Shown piece after piece: positions 28,584 to 37,161 of a stretch of DNA of 64,000 nucleotides. Position 1 is the stretch's first letter; each line of letters begins with the position of its first letter. The notes beneath the pieces are model-generated. The model had not been told where the DNA came from and did not search any database. It saw only the letters and a program-made list of their open reading frames with translations. The position numbers and the translations under genes were made by a program. Source of the stretch: Ignavibacteriota bacterium (GTDB lineage Bacteria > Bacteroidota > Ignavibacteria > UBA10030 > UBA6906); the NCBI GenBank assembly GCA_963801355.1, contig CAWDEM010000008.1, forward strand, positions 1 to 64,000, read 5' to 3'.

Positions 28584-29842
28584 TGTCCCTCTGCAATATT
28601 CCATCCGTGTCAAAATGCCACCACGGATCATGAGTTGAGCGTGGTGTTCTGTGCAATGAGAAGGTAAGTTGGGAAGAGTTGTCGATTGAAGAAGAGGGAA
28701 GTGCACACAAATTCTCTCCGAAGAGTCACATTTCCCTCGGCGAGGCAATAGATTTCCCGCAATCCATCTGTGAATTCTTCGTAGATGAGATACCTGGTCG
28801 CTTCCTACGCGGCGCGTCTGAAGTAATAGTGATGCAGCCCATTCACAACAGCCACCTTGTCGATCTGCCCGTCGAAGTAGTCCCGCAGGATTCCTCGCAG
28901 ATGCGTTTCATTCAGAATGATCAAGTGGTCCAAGCATTCCCGCCTTATGCTTCCGATTATTCTTTCCGAGTATCCATTTTGCCACGGTGACCGGTATGCG
29001 GTCAGAAGTGGTTCCATGCCGAGACCAGAAACAACCTGCGTGAAGACTTCGCCGAACTTCGTATCACGATCCCGTATCAGGAACCTCGGTGGTTCCTCAT
29101 CGCAGAACACATTTCGCAATTGTTGAGCGGACCACTGGGCTGTGGGATGGGCAGTCACGTTGAAGTGAATGATTCTTCTTCTGTTGTGAGAGAGGAAGAC
29201 TAGGACGTAAAACAGCTTGAACGTGATGGTCGGAACAACGAGGAAGTCAACAGAGACGATTTGCGCGGAGTGGTTCTTCAAGAAGGTTTTCCAACGTTGC
29301 CGGGTTGTCCTTTGAGGTCTCTTGGGCATATATCGCTGTACAGTGGCCTCTGAGAGATCAAAGCCCAATTTGAGGATCTCGCCGTGAATTCTCGGGGCGC
29401 CCCATAGAGGGTTGTCGTTTGCCATCTGTCTGATCAGGTCGATTTGGGCCTGTGGGATCTTCGGTCTGCCCGCTTCGGATCGACTCTTCCATTTCCAGAA
29501 CAATCTGAAGCTTTGCCGGTGCCACCGGATGACTGTTTCCGGCTTGATGACCAGCAGCGTCTCCTTCCAAGAGCCGAAAACATTGGTCATGGTGCTGAAG
29601 AAGAATCTGTCGGAGGACCGCAGTCGGGGTCTCGCGGACGTACGAGCGAGTATTTCGAGCTGCTTTCGGAGGAAGATGATCTCCAGCTGAATCTGAATCC
29701 TTGATCTGAAGAATCGGAGACAAAACGAGAGAAAGGAACTGAGCATCTGGGCTTCTGTCCGGTTGGTTGGCACACAATTCAAAGTAGCGAAAGTAGTCTG
29801 GATTCGCTATTTTGGACTCGGATGGAGTTTTGACGAGGGACA
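28584..29842 (-). mobile_element. Family-B IS whose transposase (28805-29746) has an in-frame internal deletion
   Basis: IRs TGTCCCTCTGCAATATTCCATCC and GGATGGAGTTTTGACGAGGGACA; the YNxxRTH segment is missing (RDYF/DGQID). Confidence 0.88.
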
Positions 29843-29902
29843 GGCCCACGACAGTCCGGCTTTTGGGACACAGCTCAATTGCCACTTCATACGGGTCGCC
29901 AT

Positions 29903-30958
29903 ATGAAAAGCCGCCTGAAGAATGTTTCTTTCCAGTTCCACAGAAATGTTGTACATAATATTCTTAAACGCCATTTTACCAATGACCGCTTTCTCCTCCC
30001 CCTCTCGGCCAGCTTCTTCATAACCCTCCGCTGCAATCTAAGATGTTCTTACTGCAATACCCTCGTGCCAAACTATCCCGAACTCGATACAGAACAGATA
30101 TTCACCCTGCTCGAAAAAATACGCCCCAAAACCCCCGGCCTGTATATCACCGGCGGCGAACCCTTTGTTCGCAAGGACATAAGAACTATCCTGCAAAAGG
30201 CGGTTGAACTTAAATTCAAACCCCTCTGGATGATCACAAACGGATTGAACCTTCATGAGAATATTGACTGTCTCGAATACCTCGACTACCTCGTTGTCAG
30301 CCTCGATTCTCTTAATATCAGTAAATGGGACGGTATCCTCGGCGTAAAGGGCGCTTCGGCCAGAATAATCGACAACATAAAATATGCCGCCTCACTCCAG
30401 GGAAAATATGACTTCGTCATGGTTGCCAATAATCTCATCAACACTGAATTGATTGAGGATGCCTATGATGTTATCCGGTTCTGCAACGAGCACGACATAT
30501 ATATCGCCCCACAGCATATCGACAGCTGGCTCGAAGCCCCCGAGAACCTCCCGGCTAACCCCGGTTTCGTTAAACTCATCAAAGAAATAAAAAGAATGAA
30601 ACAAAGCGGATCAAATAATTTTGTGGTTACTGATATGTTCCTTAACAGCATGCTCAACTCCACCGTCCCCAACTGCTACCCAACTATGAATCCCAGAATC
30701 TTTCCCGACGGTGCCGTCTTCTATCCATGCATGACTCTTAACAGAGTGTACGGCAATCTCTTCAGCTATAACAGCCTCCACGAACTCATGTTAGAAGCCT
30801 ATGATAAGGAAAAGCTCCCCGACTGCACGTGGAACCCCAAACGTTGCACACGCAACTGCATCGTCGAAATTAACCTCTTCGTCGATAAGCCGGTCAGCTA
30901 TCTGAAAGACTGCCTCGATAATGTGACTCTGAAAGCGTACCCGGACAGCCCAAAATGA
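29903..30958 (+). CDS. Radical SAM protein with Cys-rich C-terminus (SPASM/twitch-like)
   Basis: CNLRCSYC, ITGGEP, ITNG, VSLDS; C...YPC...C...CTRNC. Confidence 0.92.
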   Translation: MKSRLKNVSFQFHRNVVHNILKRHFTNDRFLLPLSASFFITLRCNLRCSYCNTLVPNYPELDTEQIFTLLEKIRPKTPGLYITGGEPFVRKDIRTILQKAVELKFKPLWMITNGLNLHENIDCLEYLDYLVVSLDSLNISKWDGILGVKGASARIIDNIKYAASLQGKYDFVMVANNLINTELIEDAYDVIRFCNEHDIYIAPQHIDSWLEAPENLPANPGFVKLIKEIKRMKQSGSNNFVVTDMFLNSMLNSTVPNCYPTMNPRIFPDGAVFYPCMTLNRVYGNLFSYNSLHELMLEAYDKEKLPDCTWNPKRCTRNCIVEINLFVDKPVSYLKDCLDNVTLKAYPDSPK

Positions 30959-33900
30959 ACGGCATCTACGCAGGCATCGATATCGGCTCGTCAGCAATTC
31001 GACTGGTTGAACTGAAGAAAGAAGATTCAGAAACCCTGATTATTAACCGTCTCTCTGCTGAACATCATAATAATCCTATTGCCGCCCTCAAGAGCCTCCT
31101 TGAAAGCTCCGATATCCTCCGCCTCAGCGGTATCATTGTTACCGGCTCCCTCTGCGGCGTAACCCGGTTTCCCCAGATACCTCCAAAGTATGCGCGCGTT
31201 AAAGGTTTCAATTACCTGCATGATACCGGTAATTGCGTTGTTATATCAATCGGAGACAAGACAAATTCAATTCTCGAAATTCATGATAAACACATCTCCT
31301 CCTTTCATGAGAACTCAAAATGCGCGCAGGGGAGTGGTAACTTTCTTCTCAACATCCTCTCCAGGTTCAATATTCCGAAAGAGGAACTGAATTCAATTGA
31401 CCTCAATTCTTACAGTCCCTCTAAACTCTCCGGTCGATGCCCTGTTCTCATTAAGACAAATATCACTCATCTCCATAATACCGGTGAATCAAAAGAGAGT
31501 ATCCTGGCGGGACTACTGGATATCATCTGTGATAATATCATCATTAGTTATAAACCAGGCTCACAAATTACATCTGCGCTCCTCACCGGGGGTGTCTCCT
31601 CTGTCCCTCGGGTCCGGAATAACTTTCTAACATTTTTCCGTTCAAAGGGAATTAACCTCCTTCCCGATCACAACGACAACCATTTCATCGATGCCATCGG
31701 CGCTGCTTTATCAGCCATCGATAAAGGCCCGGCTGATATCAATGTTAATGATTGTTTCATAACCGAAGAGAGTTGTCCCTGGGAAACAACTTCTCCGCTC
31801 TCTCTGTTTGTTTCCAAAGTAAAAAGAGCAGAAACTCGAAAACCCGCTCTTCCTAGACAAACATCTCCATGGACTGTTGCCGGCATCGATATCGGCTCCA
31901 CAGGTTCCAAGCTCGTCATTCTTGATTATGAAACCGAACGCATTCTCCACGAAGACTATATTCCTACTAACGGGGAACCGGTACATGCCCTTAAGACGCT
32001 CCTTCACAATGCCATCACAACACTGAATTCCGAATCTGCCATAAGCCTCTTCGCAGTTACTGGAAGCGGACGTATGCTCACAGGCTCCCTTCTTCGCACT
32101 CTCTTCGGCGATGAAAACGTCTATATCGTAAATGAGATTATCGCGCATGCCAGCGGCGCCCTTTATTATGATAAGTCCGTCGATACAATCATCGAAATCG
32201 GCGGGCAGGATTCCAAGTTTATCCGGCTCTCTGACGGTATCATCACCGACTTTGCCCTCAACGAAGCCTGCTCCGCCGGCACCGGCTCCTTCCTTGAGGA
32301 ATTGTGCGAAAGGTTCGCCGGTTTCAATGACTTTCACAATCTCAGCTCGACCGCACTCAACAGCTCCGGGGGAGTTTCACTCGGCCAGCATTGCTCAGTC
32401 TTTATCTCCGATGTTATTGAAAAAGCTGTCGCCTCCGGGTGCGGCACAGGCGCCATCGCGGTTGGATTGTTCGATTCCATAATCGCCAATTACATGAACC
32501 GGGTTAAGAAAAACCGGCCGGTGGGGAAAAGAATATTTTGCCAGGGAATGCCATTCGCTATGGACGCCCTTGCTTGCGCGGCCGCACGCTATACAGGCAG
32601 GGAGGTCACAATTCCCGCCAGCCCCGGTACGGTTGGGGCTCTCGGCGCCTCACTCCTGGCCAAAAAGAAACTGACGCTGAACAAAACAATATCTCTCGAT
32701 ATCAATTCAGTGTTTAGTATAACCCAGTCAGGTAAAGATAACTTTATCTGCAAATCAAATGAGGGATGCTCTCAGAAAGGGAACAGATGCTCAATCGAAA
32801 AAGTCATATTTCAGGATCGGCAAAAGTCGAATGAATATTACTGGGGGGGGGCATGCTCGCTATGGGAGAAGCAGAAGAAGGAAAGACTGCCCGCCGGCTT
32901 TCCGAATCCATTCCTGGAAAGAGCCCTGCTAGTCGAAAGCACAAAAAAGAATCTTCCGTATCATAAGGGGGGGAAGTCCATAGCCCTTACCGACAAATTT
33001 CACCTTGTGGAATTGTTTCCTTTCTTTGCTTCATTCTTCTCTCGCCTTGGCTTCAATGTGGTTACCGAAGATGATGATTATGAATCCTTCCTCCGGAAAG
33101 GGAAGCAGAATGCCAATGTCACTCTCTGCTCCCCGGCTCTAATGTATACAGGGGAAATGCACTCCCTGTCTGAAAAGAATCCCGGCTATCTCTTTAATCC
33201 TGTATTTATCAATTCCCTCCATTGCTTCAATGATAAAGCAACTTCCGCGTGCCCCCTCATCCAGGGAAGCTCATATTTCATAAAGAACTCCCTCACAGGA
33301 AATACTGAGTGCAAAACACTCTCCCCTCTCTTCAGGATCGGCAGGGAGAATATCCATTCAAAGGAATTTTATGAAAGCTGTCTTGCGGTTTCTCAGTCGC
33401 TCGGAGTCGACAATACCCGCATGAGAAATGCTTTTGATTCCGCTATCAGAGCGCAGGAGGAATTTGCATCCCGGTGCCTCGAAGTCGGAAGATCCGCTCT
33501 GAAAGTCTGCAGGGATAGTCATATTCCCCCCGTCATCGTTCTCGGCAAAGTATACTCCATACATAATCCCTGGCTCAACTCAAACGTTCCAGCGTATCTC
33601 CGCGAACTCGGCGTCATTCCCATTCCAATGGACTGTATCGCATTTGAGAACAACTCCTCCGGCTTCTCCGGTGTCTATTGGGGCTATGCCCAGAGCGTTC
33701 TCAATGCTGCTGATCACATACGTAAGGATCCCGGCATCTACTCCGTTTTCTGCTCAAACTATTCCTGCGGCCCCGACAGTTTCCTCGAAAGCTACTACAA
33801 TTATATGATGAATGGCAAACCCTCCCTCATAATTGAAAATGACGGCGATCCCGGAAATATCGGAACAAAAATGAGACTCGAAATATTTCTGCACTGCGTA

Positions 33901-35220
33901 AGTGAATTCAGAAAATCATCCCGCGACAATATCCCTCCCGAGATGTCATCTGTCTTCGCAAAGGCGCGTGTTACGCTGAAGAGCATTGTGAAGACAAATG
34001 ATAAGATTCTACTGCCTTACATCGGCCACTCCTCCGGAATGGTTGCGGCCGCTCTACGAGGAAGCGGTATCGGGTGCGAAGCCCTCCCTCAACCCGATCA
34101 TGAAGCGTTTGCATATGGAAAAAGATTTACAAGCGGAAAGGAATGCATGCCGATGTCAGTTACACTTGGCAGCCTCCTCCGCTATATCTATGAGACCCCC
34201 TTCCTTCAGGAGAATTTCAAGATATACTATTTTATGCCAGGCAGCGAAGGCCCCTGCCGCTTCGGCAATTATAGCGTTCTCGATAAGCTAATCATCAACA
34301 ATCTGGGACTGCAGAGGCGCGTCTTTATCCTCTCAACCGCAGATAATGAGCTCTTTGATGGAATGCCCTCCGCCCTCGACGTACTTATTTATCTGGCGAT
34401 GATCAGCATCGACAATCTTGTCGCGTGTACCGACTATGTCCGCCCGGTGGAAAATGCAAAGGGTGAAACGGATAGGCTTTTTGATCACTACCACTCTCTT
34501 ATGATTAACAAACTTGAAAGCATTAATTGCTTTGATGTAAGTGATATGAAGCTGATGTATGAGATAGTCTCCGGTCATCTCTTCGGCTTTTCAACACTGT
34601 TCAGAGAAGTTGCCCGTGATCTTGCCCCCCTGATCAGTGGCAGAAAAGTAAAAACAGTCTCTCTTGACGGCGCCCTCTATGTCAGGCTCGATCCCTTTTC
34701 AAATCAGAATATTGCCCGGAAACTGGAAGAGAAGGGACTCAGAATCAAACGCGTTCCCTTTACCGAATGGATCGACTTCCTTAACCTTGCGAGGGAATCA
34801 GAATTGCCGTCAAGCCTGAAGAATATCCTGAAACAATATCTGAGGCACAGAATACGAACAGTTCCAACTTCAATACTCCATAAGAATGCGGGAGTTCCCA
34901 TATTTCCTGATCTGAGGAGTGAGATTAAAGAGATCTCTCCGTATATCGGATTTGATTCAATCGGCGAGGCGGTATTATCCGTTGGTGGTTCAATGGTTCA
35001 GCATAAGAAGAATGAAGTTGATGCTTTGCTCACTATCGGACCCTCGGAATGCCTCCAGTGCAAAGTTGCCGATTCAGTTACAAAGATCATGTCCGGTGAG
35101 AATAATATGATCAGTCGGTCGGTAGAGTATAACGGCGACCCTATGGACCAATCAGTAATCGATGAGTTTGTTTATGACCTCGAAAACTCTTCTGTCTGGC
35201 ATTCTGAAGGAACGAAATGA
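30955..35220 (+). CDS. CoA-substrate activase/2-hydroxyacyl-CoA dehydratase fusion (PlsA/Ger-like architecture)
   Basis: Two BadF/BadG/BcrA/BcrD-type ATPase domains (GIDIGS x2, CAQGSG, EIGGQDSK, CSAGTGSFLEE) followed by two dehydratase-like domains (CP, SCGPD, GKECMP, GPCRFG); ATGA overlap with the upstream gene. Confidence 0.9.
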   Translation: MNGIYAGIDIGSSAIRLVELKKEDSETLIINRLSAEHHNNPIAALKSLLESSDILRLSGIIVTGSLCGVTRFPQIPPKYARVKGFNYLHDTGNCVVISIGDKTNSILEIHDKHISSFHENSKCAQGSGNFLLNILSRFNIPKEELNSIDLNSYSPSKLSGRCPVLIKTNITHLHNTGESKESILAGLLDIICDNIIISYKPGSQITSALLTGGVSSVPRVRNNFLTFFRSKGINLLPDHNDNHFIDAIGAALSAIDKGPADINVNDCFITEESCPWETTSPLSLFVSKVKRAETRKPALPRQTSPWTVAGIDIGSTGSKLVILDYETERILHEDYIPTNGEPVHALKTLLHNAITTLNSESAISLFAVTGSGRMLTGSLLRTLFGDENVYIVNEIIAHASGALYYDKSVDTIIEIGGQDSKFIRLSDGIITDFALNEACSAGTGSFLEELCERFAGFNDFHNLSSTALNSSGGVSLGQHCSVFISDVIEKAVASGCGTGAIAVGLFDSIIANYMNRVKKNRPVGKRIFCQGMPFAMDALACAAARYTGREVTIPASPGTVGALGASLLAKKKLTLNKTISLDINSVFSITQSGKDNFICKSNEGCSQKGNRCSIEKVIFQDRQKSNEYYWGGACSLWEKQKKERLPAGFPNPFLERALLVESTKKNLPYHKGGKSIALTDKFHLVELFPFFASFFSRLGFNVVTEDDDYESFLRKGKQNANVTLCSPALMYTGEMHSLSEKNPGYLFNPVFINSLHCFNDKATSACPLIQGSSYFIKNSLTGNTECKTLSPLFRIGRENIHSKEFYESCLAVSQSLGVDNTRMRNAFDSAIRAQEEFASRCLEVGRSALKVCRDSHIPPVIVLGKVYSIHNPWLNSNVPAYLRELGVIPIPMDCIAFENNSSGFSGVYWGYAQSVLNAADHIRKDPGIYSVFCSNYSCGPDSFLESYYNYMMNGKPSLIIENDGDPGNIGTKMRLEIFLHCVSEFRKSSRDNIPPEMSSVFAKARVTLKSIVKTNDKILLPYIGHSSGMVAAALRGSGIGCEALPQPDHEAFAYGKRFTSGKECMPMSVTLGSLLRYIYETPFLQENFKIYYFMPGSEGPCRFGNYSVLDKLIINNLGLQRRVFILSTADNELFDGMPSALDVLIYLAMISIDNLVACTDYVRPVENAKGETDRLFDHYHSLMINKLESINCFDVSDMKLMYEIVSGHLFGFSTLFREVARDLAPLISGRKVKTVSLDGALYVRLDPFSNQNIARKLEEKGLRIKRVPFTEWIDFLNLARESELPSSLKNILKQYLRHRIRTVPTSILHKNAGVPIFPDLRSEIKEISPYIGFDSIGEAVLSVGGSMVQHKKNEVDALLTIGPSECLQCKVADSVTKIMSGENNMISRSVEYNGDPMDQSVIDEFVYDLENSSVWHSEGTK

Positions 35221-35227
35221 ACGACCC

Positions 35228-35783
35228 CGTGGGGGGAGGTATTCCATCTGACCGTTGAAGTGCCAATATGTCGCTCTGGAAAGCATGGCCCACTTTCAGA
35301 GCAATCAAGATTGCCTTCCTTGCCGCCTTCCTTCGTTTGTTTTTCCTGGCCCTCGGGTCAAAACGAGATGTCCTCTCCAAAAACGCTCTGCTCAAGAAGG
35401 AAAACGAGATTCTGCTGCGGAGAGTTGGGAGGAAACGGGTTCATTTCCATACTGAATGTCTTGCATACAATCCCGTGTAGGTCAGAACAGGAGTGGAAGG
35501 GCCGAACTTGACCAGCATCATGGAACGGTTTGTCAGGACAGTGCGAAGAGAGGCGATGGACAATTTTCTGCTGACTGGCAGGAGTCAGGCTCAGAGGATT
35601 CTGGAGGAGTATGTCGCGTTGTATAATGGTCAGCGACCGCATTAGGGGCTTCAGCAACACATTCCGAAGCCGCGCGAACTGGAGAAGACTGGGGGTGCGG
35701 TCCGCAAGAATGCTGTTCTGGGTGGGCTACATCACCACTATTACAGACAGGCGGCGTAAGGGATGGAAGAAGTCCCCCTTACG
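35228..35783 (+). mobile_element. Family-A internally deleted IS/MITE
   Basis: Both IRs present; 5' and 3' transposase segments are fused. A solo family-B end follows at 35799-35821. Confidence 0.85.
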
Positions 35784-35829
35784 CGCTACTTCGTACGCGG
35801 ATGGAGTCTTGAAGAGGCGCAAGCCCGAA

Positions 35830-36108
35830 CTACTCCGTCAATTGGACGCGGATCTTCATGCCAAGAGCGTTGGCATATTTTTCGAGAGTGGATAAGCGAA
35901 TGTCTTCGGCGTGGTTCTCAATTCTCGAGATGGCAGATTTCTTGGTTCGGAGTTTGCGGGCGATGGTCTCTTGAGTCACTCCTGCCTGCTCACGGGCTTG
36001 ACGCAACATGACACTGAACTCAAAGGCGCGATATCCAGACTCAAAGTCTTTCGCGAATCTCGGGTTCTTCTGTTTGCGGCGTTCGATATATTTCTCAACA
36101 TCGCTCAT
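35830..36108 (-). CDS. XRE/HTH antitoxin (HigA-like)
   Basis: LRQAREQAGVTQETIARKL...KSAISRIEN. Confidence 0.9.
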   Translation of the reverse strand: MSDVEKYIERRKQKNPRFAKDFESGYRAFEFSVMLRQAREQAGVTQETIARKLRTKKSAISRIENHAEDIRLSTLEKYANALGMKIRVQLTE

Positions 36109-36460
36109 GATCTTTCTCTCCTCTGCAAATAATTCAGTCTTCGTGCCTCAGCGAGTGCAATTTCTCGAGGGGGCGTTTTCTGCTGCTTCTTCGTGAAGGC
36201 GTTGGTCACAATCAAAAGTGTAGGACCATCGAAGAATCCTAAGAATCTATAGCTCTTTCCTCCGATCTGTGATCGGATTTCCCAAAGATGCTCAGTTCCA
36301 ACGAGCTTCTTTAAGAACTGTTCGGGGATCCGGTCAAGTCTCTCGACAACACGCATCACCCAAGCGACCTTCTGAGCATGCTTATCAGACAGGGAATCGG
36401 GAAAAATGCCTCAACAGGAGACCTGTTGTTTTCGGTCCGATAGAACTGAATGGATCGCAT
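36105..36460 (-). pseudogene. RelE/HigB (Gp49-like) toxin, frameshifted near 36400
   Basis: MRSIQFYRTENNRSPVEAFF / DSLSDKHAQKVAWV...LWEIR...YRFLGFF...FTKKQQKTP; the shift lies at a T5C3 run. Confidence 0.8.
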
Positions 36461-36466
36461 GGAACC

Positions 36467-36495
36467 AAGTTAACGTATTTGTGAACATGTGTCAA
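36467..36495 (-). promoter_or_regulatory. TA promoter with operator
   Basis: Minus strand TTGACA-17-TAACTT; GTTCAC-N6-GTTAAC near-palindrome. Confidence 0.65.
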
Positions 36496-36576
36496 GGTGC
36501 TTCAAGGATGATTGCGGGCGGTCACCAGACCATTTCACGTCCGGATCACCGTAATCTGTGTCTCCCTTCGGAACTT

Positions 36577-36855
36577 ACTGTAGACAGATTGTGAGCGATC
36601 TGTGTAATTCAATGCTCTCCATGTAATTCAAATCTGCCCTCATTTCACGCGATTCCGAGATTACCCCAATCTTCGGGATCAAGAGATCCCGGGTTCAAAT
36701 CCCGGCGCCCCAGCGAAAAACGCCCCTATTTGGGTTCTGCAAATACGAATGTACCCGATTTGTGCGGTTTTCTTGCACTTCGTGCAGAATAATCGGTCAA
36801 TGATGACCTGTTTTCGCTGGGTATGACATGACGCTTGGCCCGGAACCAAGAGGTG
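36577..36855 (+). repeat. att-like module 2: same flank plus tRNA-Pro(CGG) 3' half (36672-36712) and a second fragment
   Basis: High identity to 15956-16060, then TTCGGGA TCAAG AGATC CCGGG TTCAAAT CCCGG CGCCCC; CGGAACCAAGAGGT at 36841. Confidence 0.75.
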
Positions 36856-36989
36856 CCGAGGCCAATTCCCGGGTCCCTGCCGAAGAGAGACAGTTTCAAA
36901 AGACTAATCGTCACAACTCTCAAACACGGAAAAGCAGCTTCCACAAAAGGAAGCCGCTTTTTTTTCTTCTTGACTTCCTGGTCGGTCCC

Positions 36990-37065
36990 TGTGCCTCTTC
37001 AATATTCCATCCGGTGCAAAATGCCATCGTGGATCATGAGTTGAGTGCGATGTTCTGTGCGATCA
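36990..37065 (-). mobile_element. Solo family-B IS end
   Basis: Nearly identical to 10999-11056. Confidence 0.8.
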
Positions 37066-37161
37066 TGGAATGATTCTTCCTCTGTCTCGAGAGAGGGCGG
37101 GCAGTCCGCGATGTTACCTATTGTCAACCGGCCATTCGAAGCCCTGGTGAAAGTGCGGCAT

